DNA of 64,000 nucleotides from Ylistrum balloti (lineage: Eukaryota), in the NCBI RefSeq assembly GCF_031769215.1, contig NW_026782116.1, positions 620,001 through 684,000 on the forward strand, read 5' to 3'. Under the pieces are notes generated by a model. The model searched no databases. It was not told the DNA's origin and worked only from the letters and a program-made list of their open reading frames with translations. The position numbers and the translations under genes were made by a program. Shown one piece after another: positions 1 through 12,500 of the stretch. The stretch's first letter is position 1. Every line of letters begins with the position of its first letter.

Positions 1-600
1 TATATATACAACATTGCAATATCGCATATTGTACAATATAAAATTGATACTTTTTACAATATACTTCACAAGATTTCGGGAAAAATGATTTTACAATATA
101 AACACAATACTTGGATTGTAAAACAAAACATTGTAACGATGTAAAACATAAAATTGAACAATATAAAACACAAAATATAAATAATGTTTTTCGAATTATG
201 CACCACAAGATTTGCTTGATAAATGACGAAATTAAAGACATAAATCACAAGTTTTACAATATAAAAGAAATTGAACATGAATCACAAGATTAAGAATAAA
301 AACCAACGTTAAATAATATAAATCACAAGACAATCGCATTTAAACACAAAGTTTTGAACATGTATCACAGAATATTTGAATATTGACATGCAGTCACTAT
401 ATAGATGTAATGTTGTGATAAGTGGGTAGAAAACTCATATTTCAATACTGCGATATATGAATAAGTAGGAACCAGGTTTAATATTGGAACGTGTAGACAT
501 TACATGCTAAAAGAAAAACACATCCAGTATAAAAAATGTTTGAGTAGACATATCTATAGGGGAAGAATTAATACGAAAAACCGCACGAGTCCTTACTGAC

Positions 601-3600
601 CATGTTGATGCCTTGTGTTGGTACGAGGATTGTTCTCACAGAGTACCCCGCCGGTATGGAGTCCACCCCGCCCATCACTCCCCAGTTGACACGCCCTCCC
701 GGTGAGTCTTGGTGCCACATGGATGAGGCCATAAAGTTGTCAGCTGACGACAGAAGAAGGGTTGTCCCCGCCTCGTCAAAGATGGCGACCGGACCACTTA
801 GCATACCATCAGCCAGCTTTGGTGTGTTCACTCCCCATCTGTGTTATCAAATGTTTAAAAATGCTTGCAACATTTTGTAAAAACAATACAGTTCTGTCCA
901 TTGTTGTTTTACGTCCTATTAACAGCCAGTGTTATTTAAGGACCTGCCAGGTTTGGGTGATGGAGAAAGCAAGAGTTCCTGGAGAAAAACCACCAACCTG
1001 CGGCCAATACCTAGCGACTGCCCCAACTAGGTTTGGAACCCGCGGTCCAAAGGTGAGGGGCCAATGATAAAAACTGGCTTTCATTTACATTATTAACGAG
1101 ACAATAGAAAAGTTTCATCGATAATCAAAAAAGGTATTCATATACATTAAAAATTCTTATTTTGACGCATTCAAATTTTAACGCATAATCAGTTTTTGCG
1201 AATGAGCGCAGAGATGATAAATAATTGATACAAAAATGCGACTATAAGTGCAATCATTTCAGAGCAATATTTTCAGTGTTAAAAGTGCTAAAGTAGTATT
1301 ACCGCTAAAACATGTACGTTTTCAATAATTTAAGACATGTATATGTTTTTATTTTCATGTAAATAGGAATTTGGAATAATAATTTTTTAACATTTTATTC
1401 TCATGGTAGTGTATCTTGGAGGAGACACCATTATTTAAATGTTCCCCTGTACACCACGACCAGAGCCCTATTACAGAGGACGCTTAACTTCATTAACACA
1501 ATAATGTATTTCTGTATTTTTTCCAAAATTTCCAAATTAATCATACTTTTGTATACATCCTGAATTTTTTAATGATATTTTTATAACGTTTTTAAAAAAC
1601 CTTCATCTTTAATTAGCGGAAACCACTAGATTTTATTGATGAGAGTACAGAGTAATAATTTTCCAATTTCCAACTCGGAAAAGGTATTGTGGAGAGCCCC
1701 AAATAGTTTCTGCAAACTGAAAAAGGACAAAAGCACAGTTCTTAATGAAAGCGAAAATATTAATGTATAATACATCAAATATCATATATTTCTATGTTTC
1801 AGTTTTCTAATTAATGGTATACAACGGAGCTGTTGATAAACAAAACGAAATATCATAATACGTTGCGCCTAACGCTGATAGTGTTTTACTAATTGCAGTT
1901 CTAAATTGAAGTACATGTAATCAGTGTTTTACTAATTGCAGTTCTAAATTGAAGTACATGTAATCAATAACGGAAGTGTCGGAGTAAAGAGCGTGATGTA
2001 TATGATGAGGATACCATAGAGTAGCAGTCGTTCATTAAACATGTTTAGTACAGTTGGCGACATAAGCTGACAGACAACTTTACAAGATCTTCTCGATCAC
2101 GTGACTTTAGTTATAAATATATTCAGCCAGTAAACAACCGTATACTTACGGTCCAAAATTTTTTCCAACGTCACCCATCATTTTATCAGCAAATGTCATG
2201 TATCCTAGCGATGGAGATCCACTCTGTTGTGCTACATGAAACGATGGAAATGCCCCCACTGTAGAATTGTAACAGGTTTCAAACCCAGGTACGGGCGGCC
2301 ATGGTGGGGGATGACAGTCGGGGGCCTGTGTCCAAGGTGTGGCATTCACGTACACCTAGATAGTAAAATAATGATTATTCTTTAAACGATGTTTTAATCG
2401 TAGGCTCACTATATTTATATAAGAAAATACTACCAATATTGATAAAAAACATTATATATCTCTATTGTAACAGGATCATAACTACAATAACATGATTATT
2501 AAACAATGGTTTGCGTCATTCTTCCTACTATTATACAAGAGGTACTGGTGTCGTTTCAAACGAACAAACAGATGTTTACTGGCTTAATTGTGTTATTAGA
2601 AATAGTGCATAAGATATTGTGCCACTGATCAGTGAGAAGAATAAAATCTCTCTACTTATTTTGCGGTTTTTACGGCCTTCTGCAGACAAGTAGCCGTCTC
2701 TTAGTAGCTACATTACATAGGATAGTGAACTATTGTCAATGACGATTAAGTCATGGAAAAAAAATCAACGTTTATCGTCTACGTCATCATTAGAATCGCT
2801 ATTACATAAAGTAACATAGTCTATCAACCATACTGAGGAATAGTAGGGGAATACATGTCCCCCACTGGTTCACACAAGCTATTAGATGGTACAGTTTGGG
2901 ATTAATTTTGAAGAAAGGAAAAGTATAAAGTTAGTTTGTGACTAATTTTAATGGATATTGCATTAAATGAGTATGGAATGTAACAATACAATTTCATCAA
3001 CATTGTAAAAATAATGTGTAATTGTCCTTTGTAAGCGTGTATGGTTTGATAAAAATGCTAATAGTAATAGTGACCTTAGCCCAACAACCCTGAAACTCGA
3101 AGTTGTTTAAGACATTTAAGTGTTTCAAATGTGTGCGAGGTTTGATGAGAATCCCCAGAGGAATGAAGAAACACTTAAAGTAATGTAAAATGACCTTGAC
3201 ATTGACCCCGAAACTTGTCCACGATAATTTGATGCTTTATAAGTCTGTGAAGTTTCACAAGATTGTCTTACGGTATGTAGCCGCTAGCGAGCTGACAATG
3301 ATTTTCAGTGACCTTTGATCTTGACCCCAGTATGCGAAAACTCGGACACGTCGGAGATATTTTGATGCTTAATAGGTGTGTGAATTTTGAATTTTAGAAT
3401 CCCTCAAGAAAAGATGCCGCTAGAGCGCTGAAAAACTTTCACTGACGCAGGAACGGACGGACGGACGAACGAGGCGAACAAACAACTTGTATGTCCCTTC
3501 CCTCCTTGAAGGGACTTTCCTTCTCTCATAGTGTTGGCATGGTGTTGTTGGCAGTACGCAAAATAGATTACAACAGGGAAAATACCGACATGTCAACAGA

Positions 3601-4349
3601 ATCATATCAGCAGGGGGGAAATATGAACACAAGAAAGATTTACATGGAGTCTTCTGAAATAGTACAAGAATAACAATATAAGGTGTTCTAAAAGGGTGAG
3701 GTGTTTTTCTAACCTTTTTCTAAAGTTCGTTTTAAACGTTTCTGGCATTACGAAGAATAGCTAGCAATAATAACGCTCATCTTCTAATCCTTGTGCCATT
3801 TGCATAACCCTCACCTCTCCCACTGGTTTTATTGGCATCACACTAAACAGCTACAAAAACATCGACAATATGCAACACAATATATAGCGCAACACTTACC
3901 AACTCGTATATGAAGAACTTTGCAGGAAAATTGTATTCCTTAAAGTAGATGTCAAAGAGGTAATCTTCTGACGCCCTGAGTCTGAAACTGGAACAGTCAT
4001 ACATTCCAAAATCATCCTGTTGGTGGGTACAGTTTCTGTTGATGGAATCCACAACTAAGGATGAGTTACCAAGTGTGACCGTCTCATTATTGAGGCGAAG
4101 AAAGACAGGTGCGCTTTGTAACCACACTTTGTTGTTGACCAAGATGGTGTAGTCACCAGAATCGGATATCGTCTGACTAAATTCGATGTTAGCTGTAGAA
4201 AACGATACGTTTGCAAAAGTCAACAGTTACGAAAAATCCATAAGTATAGTTTTACCTATTTCATTGCCATAATTACCAATGGGGTTAGGCGAAAGTATAC
4301 AACGTACAATGAAAATAATCCTTGTATGAAATAGTAATTTAAAGGACAT
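601..4349 (-). CDS. Uncharacterised, probably secreted protein (possibly glycoside-hydrolase-like); 5' exons only, gene continues beyond the left edge
   Basis: Exons 4192-3900, 2355-2150 and 838-601 join in frame with GT-AG ends (ctacag|CT...TTG|gtaagt; ctag|GTG...CC|gtaagt; acag|A...ATG|gtcagt). Translation includes VWLQSAPVFLRLNN...FPSF...SLGYMTFADKMMGD...SGPVAIFD...SSADNFMASSM...NWGVMGGVDSIPAGY...QGINM, with several N-glycosylation sequons (NET, NSS, NCT, NAT, NST). A putative first exon 4349-4277 (MSFKLLFHTRIIFIVRCILSPNPI, phase 1) is less certain. The family assignment is from memory and unverified. Confidence 0.75.
906..1066 (-). mobile_element. tRNA-derived SINE fragment (mollusc family), intronic
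   Basis: acgtcctattaacagccag..taaggac.tgccaggttt..ggagaaaaccacc..ctgcccca..tttggaacccgcg resembles a bivalve SINE body plus partial tRNA B-box in reverse. The A-box end is truncated. Family recognised from memory. Confidence 0.65.
1880..1966. repeat. Exact 43-bp tandem duplication
   Basis: agtgttttactaattgcagttctaaattgaagtacatgtaatc occurs at 1880 and 1923. Confidence 0.95.
2846..3515 (+). mobile_element. Helentron-type non-autonomous element (HINE/pearl-like), intronic
   Basis: 5' hairpin GGGGA-atacatg-TCCCC (2846-2862); internal gtgacctt(t)gac..tgacccc repeats; (ACGG)n at 3453-3472; 3' stem-loop GTCCCTTC...GAAGGGAC (3493-3515). Confidence 0.7.
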
Positions 4350-5645
4350 GGTAGACCTAAGGAAAATGACTGGATTACATAAACTGACGAACAGGTCGGC
4401 ATGGCCCTAATTCACAGTCGTAGAGGTAATGAGCAAGAACTGCAGAGGTTGTTATTGTCGTGTAGTTCTGTTTTTCGTGGGCTTTTTTTTCAAATTAAGA
4501 GTAAAAGTAATAGTTGCCTTGAAATACAAAATTGATAGAAAAAAAAAATTCCATTTCAAGAATACATGTTTTTCTCACAACTAATATTCATATTTCTACA
4601 GTTTGGAGAACGGCGACAAACGATTTTCTTATTTATTACACTTTGTTGAGGATTTGTTATTGTAGTGATAGTCAGGATAGTATTACCAATCTAAATAACA
4701 CATATTTACTATGTGTATTGGTAACAGAATTTATATGCGCATGTTTTTTTATAATGTCGAGTGTTTGACTCTTTATATATATCCCTTACAGTGAAAGAAT
4801 ATTACCCGACATTTGATGCTGAGATAGCCTGACCAATATAGCAAGGAATAAAACTAAACACAAACCACCTCTTTCTAATTATTAACACGTATGCTCGTTA
4901 TCTAGGTGTTTTCTCGTACATTTGCCATGACCTTCAACAGTAAGACGTTGTATAAAGATATTACCAGGAATAAGCGCCACTCACCACAACTGTAGTTCTT
5001 AAATATGACAGCGATGAGAACCAGACTCCAAAGACGGATCATCTTGGTAAAGGCGTTTGTTGATGGCAATGAACACCTGACCAGCCTGTTTGTAACTCAA
5101 ACTGATTACATCCACCGAGAGTATCAGTCAAAGTCAACAGAAAAGATAACTGACCCAGAATTTAAGATAGGGAGGACGTTGGTTAAACGACTGTATCACA
5201 CAAAACGTCCTGTTATCTAATGAAGTGGCCCATGTGATATATTTTGAATATGACACTAGCTTAACATACACTGGAGCATTTTTTTCGTTGGCTGCGTCAG
5301 TCAGAAATTGGTTGTGATGTCTTAATAAGGCTAATGACGTTAAGTCAAAATTTGAAAATGGTCCAACAAAATGGCTGCCTTCGTTTGATTTTGTTAAAAC
5401 TTGTCAAAATATAGTATTTCTGAGTTATGTGAGAAAAAAACTCGTCTTGAAGTTTCAATTGTTGCCCGCCGAGGCTCGCAAAATTAAGAACTTCGAAGAC
5501 TTGTTCAATAAAATCTCATTTGAAGGGAAAGTTGATTTAAGATCCTGTGTATATCCAAGAACCAAGAGAAAAAAATCGATCAGTGTTAAAAATATATCAC
5601 TTTGAACTTCAAAAGGTAGCGTGATAACTCAGTCCGTTACATGTA

Positions 5646-6122
5646 TGTAACAGGGTGTACTCAATGTACTCAATGCACTAAGCTATTTATGTTTACGTAC
5701 ATAATATATGTCCTGTGCTCGTGTCATAACTAGTACGAAGTTTGTATGAAGAGTGTATGTTGCACGGGTATTTACGTACTCAAGCCACCCTGCACACATA
5801 CCAAAGCCCTGTTCACGTCCACTACCAGTCACTTTCCATCTGACTGCTGGACGATCATGATCAAGACTCTTAGAGACAGCTGTGCCACGTACCTCATGGG
5901 TCTCTGGTAAGTCTTAGGAAATAATCAAATATTCCAAACCAATTTATATTGTCGCGACAGTTAAATGTATATCGTGTGTTCCTACAACGAAAGTAAAAGT
6001 AAGTTCCTTAGTTTCGTATTTATTATGTTGTAGGTTTTCTTAATTATTGATTAAATGGAAGTACCAAACTTTTGAGTCGTCTCATCACTAAAGAGCTGAA
6101 GGGTTACAATGGCGCCCAACGT
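5646..6122 (+). mobile_element. LTR (463 bp) followed by a tRNA-Lys(CTT) primer-binding site; truncated LTR retrotransposon
   Basis: TGTAAC at 5646 ... GTTACA at 6108, one spacer base, then TGGCGCCCAACGT (6110-6122), complementary to the 3' end of tRNA-Lys1,2. No second LTR or gag/pol ORF seen. Confidence 0.75.
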
Positions 6123-8199
6123 AAATTTCCATTGTAATTAGGAACCAGATACTGTAATGGATGGTATGGGAAGTAGCCTCGTAAGATGGCCATATGTGCG
6201 ACCTGCGACACACGTACGCGTGTACGCTAACGTTGCAATAATGGTGTACAAGATGTACCTAGAATAGGATGTCAAGCGCTGTGTGCCTATACGGATTGTG
6301 GTAAAAACCAAAATTAGATGCCTGCTTGTGAGCCGAATTTTAACATTCTTGGTTACTGGTAATAATTAACATTTGTACCGGCCAGGCCATGGGGTGTCAA
6401 TGTGTACATGTACCTGTGTGTGTTTGTGCTTTGACTAAACTGCTAACTTCGAGTAGATTCGACGTCGGAAGGCTGTTTAATTCGTCATTGTTGTGAAAAA
6501 CATTCATCTTTAAAGTTTCTTTGAGACTAAAGGACTAGATATTGTCAAATTTGTTGAAATGTGCTTCTAATAATTTTAAAGGACTCTATATAATGAATTT
6601 CTATATGTATATGTAATCAGTCTGGTAATTGTAGTCAAATAATCATTCCATTGGACATTTTATAATTTTACTGAATTTCGCATAGTTTCATCAATTTTCT
6701 CCTTGATAATGTATAATTTCATGAATTTATTTCTAATTTATGTAATTGTATTGTAGGCTATATCTGCATGTATTTTGTACATCTGGAAAAGTGAAAGAAG
6801 CAAGATGTTTGTAAGTACCAGGGACCTGTGAGGGACACCTGTGTAGCAGTAGGACCTGTTGACTCTGCCATTATATTCATTATTGTTTCCCTGCACGCTT
6901 TTTCCCCACCTTCCCAATCATCAGAATGAGAGATCAAGGTACAGTGAATAATTAGTGTCTTGTCATTTGTTTGTGATTGTCCATGTGAATTACGGTCATT
7001 ATTTCATTACTAGTGCATTTCATTACTGAAGTGTTGAGTACATCTTGCTGGGATCCGAGGTAGTTCGACTGTCCTTGTGCTGGCGCCACACTGTCCCAAA
7101 ATTGAGTAAAGATGGACATCAGAACGGAATGTTCAAATTCTGCTCTGATTGTAAAAGCATCGGACCATTCGCAAGGGTATCTTAAGCCATGATAAGACCG
7201 CTGGTGGAGTTTATAAATCTCCAACAGCAACTTCGTGAGCGATGGCATATTTGCCGGAAGGCATCGGGTAGGTTCGTTTTCGTACTGAAATCGTATGTCA
7301 TTTTTGCTTTTTATAAGGCAATCGTGAGGACATCTTGTCAAATTATGTCGTCTTCGTCTTTACTTCATGTGATCGGGTGGCAACATGACTATGTGAAGCG
7401 CTAACAATTAAGTTGCATTAAAGCTGAAATAACGTTGATATATTCTGTGTGTTCTGCTCCTAGTAACCTGTCATATCCCAACGGTCGGTCGAATTTTATC
7501 TATCATCTGATTTAACACTATTGCTGGATCTATCGGACACTTGTCTAATCATCCAAAAAATAAATACTAGCTAGTCACGCTTTAGTATAGGAATCATTCA
7601 GTTATCAGTTACTACCAATCAATCGTAAAGATACGGACAGTTTTCATATGGAGAAATAGGCTCGTTCAACTAATTAATATTCATGAAATAATGACGTCAA
7701 ATAATTGTGGCGTCATCAAAACTTGAGAGGCGCGGCAAGCATGAAAACAGGGGTAAGGAGGGGTGTGGTATAATTAGATTTGTCCTTGTTTTTTTTTTAC
7801 TCTGCATCCAATATCAGATGTAGAAGCAAAACAAAACTTAATTTCTTTTTATTTGTAAAATAATGTCAATGCTGTTTAATGCAAAAACATGTTAATTTAT
7901 GCTATTTATCCGACCATTGCACTTGTTCAGTATTATTCAAAATTAATATTGGTCAGTCATTTACATTATCATTTGTATTGGATTCCCTAACTCACAATAA
8001 CCCTTATAAGGAGCGTTTTGTTGGTGACTCACTTTATTGATCAACTAACCAACATCCAAACGTCTTACCATCATTTTAGTACTATACCGATCTTGAAAAT
8101 TTATCTTATATAGAAACATTTAAATATTTTTTCTATGCACAACCATACCCAGTTTTAAACTGGAGGGTCGCCTCCTTAATCTAGATTTGTGTTGTCATT

Positions 8200-8776
8200 T
8201 GTACATTCTACCCTGTTAAGAGAAAGTGGACGACTGTAGAAGAGAAATGAATGAGGATGAAATTGCCAAAATGATCGAATTTCTGGTTGGCAATATTGTA
8301 GAGTTTGGTGGTACATGAAATAAATTCCAAGTTGTGTCGCTGTTTCTTTTACCTTGTTCTCATATGACATTTATTACCTGGATCGACTAAGATTTACAGA
8401 TATACACCCAGTGACACTGAATATTTTATCCAACAACCGGGGACTTGGTTTCTTCGATTTTAGCGGAGGAGTCCACAACATCAAGCATTGCTGGTCTAAG
8501 TGATGAAGGGAAATACGTTTTCCCTTCTAGAACGCCTGGTCGTATTTTCCCTGTCGTTAAGTCCTCGTGTAACCTGAATTTGTCTTTGTATTTTTCACAT
8601 GCTTCATCGATTTTGTGTTTGAATTAAAGATTCTCACGGTTGATGTTGTTAGGTGGTTGATTGGTTATAGGTTTTCAATCTATGTGACTCGTCCAGGCCA
8701 GCATTGCTTCCACGTCCTCTCACTGCTGTCATTTCGGCATTTATAGGAAAGTTTGTGTTAGGCTTGGCTGAATACC
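8200..8776 (-). pseudogene. Degraded coding-like segment of unknown origin
   Basis: After acceptor cttgcag|G it reads YSAKPNTNFPINAEMTAVRGRGSNAGLDESHR, then after a frameshift/stop FKHKIDEACEKYKDKFRLHEDLTTGKIRPGVLEGKTYFPSSLRPAMLDVVDSS. No family recognised. Confidence 0.4.
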
Positions 8777-9450
8777 TGCAAGTAGGTTTAAAGTATCATT
8801 CACTCTGTAATATTTTCTGTTGTGGAACAAGAAATCATAGCTCACGTTTTATGGAACTATCGGAAATAACAGATTTTTATCCAAACTAACTTTAAAATAA
8901 TCTTTACACATATGTACATATTTCTGGAGATTAAAAGGACAAAATGCTAATAAGATATTCAACAAAAATGATGGTATAGTTTTGATAACGTAGTGAAACA
9001 AAATCAACTCTAGATGTCTTTATAAAATGTTGTGTCAGGGTGCTTTATATATAACATTGTCAAATGTACAATGATGTACAATATGCGTGGATTTGGAGCG
9101 ACTCAGCAAAAAGAGAGTTAGAGAAGGAATAACGGATAAACATAGAACGCAAAGAATAATTGCTTATAGATTTATAGAAAGCAAAATAGCTATCATATCA
9201 GGATTACAGCCAGTTTTTTTTCTGTGATATCTATTTAATTTACTCTTCCTTTCTTTCGTTTTGTTTTCCAGTTGTTTTCTTTATTTAGTTATTCATTTTT
9301 CTAACATAATTAATACGATGCAAACAAATCACCTACAGGTGCATATCCGATAAAAAGATTTTTTTCTGAAATGAAACGTTATGGCCGATTTTTTGTCAAG
9401 TTGTTTTAACTTAAGCAAGTCTAGAACGGCGATACTTGAAATACCTTCAG

Positions 9451-9575
9451 TGATTGGCCGGTTAAGAAATAATACGCCAATGGTAAACGTCATAACGTTT
9501 TCACGCACCTTGCGTTACTAAACGTAACTTTGATACAAAAGAGTTCCACAGTTTGATAACTGTCTGCAAGTCGTT
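9451..9575 (+). promoter_or_regulatory. SURF1 proximal promoter with CCAAT boxes
   Basis: TGATTGG at 9451 and GCCAAT near 9476, CpG-richer than the flanks, ~100-125 bp upstream of the ATG. Confidence 0.55.
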
Positions 9576-12500
9576 ATGAGCAAGCAGAAGTTTCTCCTTC
9601 GGCACTTGGTAAGAATTATATAATTACGCCAGTGTCACTGTATCACAGTTTCTGATTTAAAAGTCATTAAATGAAACCGTTCTTTAAATGTGGTTGACAG
9701 CTCTGTTGTACAGAGTACACTTATATATTGAGATCGACATTCAATCTGTCGAGTCTAACTTATTCATAATGTCGTTACATAGTGATAGTTATAGAGGATA
9801 AATATACAGTTAAGTCATAAAAAGTGGTTTTGTTTTGTTTTTCTAAAACCCACACAAAACGGTATAAGCACCATAATATGAATAGACAGTGCCTGGAAAG
9901 AGCGAAGCTTACATGCCACAATGACATTCTTGGTTGGAAGTATCAAGAAAATATAAAACACCAATAAATTTTGGTTAACTGGTTAGTGGTTCAAGAAATG
10001 CACAAAATATGACAAGCGACAGCAAGTGATTTTTCTCAAATGGGTCCAGTCCTGGAACCTCTCTTCCTGTATGTGAATGAAACATTGTCTTAAACATGTT
10101 ACTAGTATATCACTTTGCTCATATCAAAATGTCCAAGATAAATGTTATACAGTTATTAACTACATCTCATCTGCCTTGGATGTAAAATTGTACATGTGTT
10201 CTACTTACATTGTACATCATTTATGTACAATTTGATAACCCAACCAAGTACATTGTAGTGTAATTCAAAGGACAGACACAATACAAATCATGTATTAATA
10301 AAGCCATCGGTCATTTTTCTCTTCAATTCACCTATTTCAGACAAAAGAATTTCTTTGTGAATGTTTTTAACTATATCGGTAGTGAATAATGGTATAGTTA
10401 TCTATTTGCTTAAAAGGTAGAGAACATCATATGTAACATCATATATTTATTGTTTTTTTTTTGGAGTGGGGGTTAAAGCTTATGATATAGAATTTCAAGA
10501 CCACAGTTGTGAACAAAAAAAATGCTAATTATCTGGTTAGTTTGGAAAGCAATGCAGGACTTGACTGGTTCACCAATGACCTTAAGTTTAAATGATTTTT
10601 TTTTATCCTTTATAAAGAGAGGATGCATTTGAGTTTCATCATATCCTCATTTGATGTTACTTCTCTTCTTTTCACTGACAGTCAATGAAGGCAAAGAACG
10701 AATAAAGTGTTTACATATGTGTTTGTCTAGAGACCTATTTAGTATAATGGATAAACATTTGAAACCTCTTGTGTTGTCTGTGCTGTAATTTTTGTTTGCT
10801 TTATTTTTAGTGGAGAAGTCTGAAGCTTAGATCAAAACCTGAACATATAAGAAGTTATCGTAAGGATGCTTCAAAACAGAAATCACCTGTTTCAACTCTG
10901 AAAAGCATATTTACAGAAGTGGCTTGGCTTGTAAGTGTTTATGTCCATATGGATTCACTAAGGGATTTATTTCTTAACTGTTTCATAAAAAAGAAAAATC
11001 ATTTATATATACTGTATAATTGTATATGTTATACATTTTCTCTAAGTGAGTGACTTAACATATTTTCTTTCTTATTAATCTTAAAATATGTATGCAGGTG
11101 GTATTGCATGTATGATTTTTATACACCCATCAAAAGTTTTGATGAGATATATTATGGTATGGCCATGTCTGAATTATTCTGTTGTTCTCTCAACTCTTAC
11201 GGCTTGGAGAGGATGAACATCAGAACTCAGTCCAGATAAAAAGCAAGGGAAATTAGTGACCAGTGCATGAGTCAGCATTAAAACAATAATTGTTGAAAGA
11301 AATTGTCATTTTCACATGCATATCACACATTATCACAAGCTCATACCATTGTCATGTTACAGAATTTACTGCAAACACATTTGCTATATCCACTCATATT
11401 TTTAATTAGGGTAGAAACTCAACCATGTGACTTAACAAGATCCCACAGTACTCTAGGTATTTCTCAAAAAAAGTTGGGACTTGTGTTGTTACAAAAAAAC
11501 CCACACAAATATAAATACACACTCAGCTTAATTTCACTTATGAAAATAAATGTTCCCAGGTAACATTCACTCTTTTTTCATCTTAAATTAGTTATTTCCT
11601 AGAATTAATCTTGATATATGGCTCTATCCTTTGTATGAATGACACAGACGTGAAGTGGAAGATGGGGAGCAAAACATTGTTGTTTGCATTATTGTATGAA
11701 CATTTGTGTATGCAAAAGAAGTGGCGAGACTATAGCTATAGCTAACACAGAAGTAAAATTAGACAGAGTAAGGAGGGGAAATGTATGTTCAATGAGTGGA
11801 TTGGTATTATTGCTGTTTGAAAATATTGTAGATAAATGAAATTTGTTTTCTGATTGGCCAACATGGCTGCTGATTGGTTGACTTTGGATATTATCCGATT
11901 TTCAAGAAAATAATGTCTGACATCTGTAACACAATAATGGAGTCCATTTTCTACTCTACACAGATGTTTAATGTGATGAAATTTAAATGTGGTTCAATTT
12001 TTATTGCATTTCTTGTCACTCTTAATTTAACATCAATTACAACTCTACATTAAAGGTGTTTGTGGGACAAATGTAATGGTTGCCATTACAATTTTATTTT
12101 GAAAATGTCAAAGCCATTTGTCCTTTTTAAAATTTTATTCTTGTCAAGCGATTTCTTTCAGTTCCTGTCATTCACCTCATTTCTTATAAACTGGTATGCT
12201 TTGTTTTCTCATTAAAACCTATATTGGCTCATTTCTACCATTTCCTTATTTGTGTTCTTTTGGATACAATAAGTCGTGGCTCTGGCATGGGATAGACCTA
12301 TATCCACCCTGTAGTGTTCTGTTTTATTTACTGTGTAGAAATTGAATGAATTTGACTGAGTGATATTGTAATAATTTTTATAATATCTGTTTTCCAGATT
12401 CTAATGATTAAATAACTCAAGTTCTTTTTATGTTTGTATTTGTACTATATGGATTAGCAATTTGTTTTATTTGTCTTTCACCAGACTGTTCCTGCAGTAA

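Noticed and set aside
1-360. ORFs 66-278 and 111-293
   Set aside because: Low-complexity degenerate repeat (aatataaa..cacaag motifs) within an intron of the minus-strand gene.
2002-2070. Possible intronic C/D snoRNA (ATGATGA...CTGA)
   Set aside because: No terminal stem or recognisable rRNA guide; such motif pairs are expected by chance.
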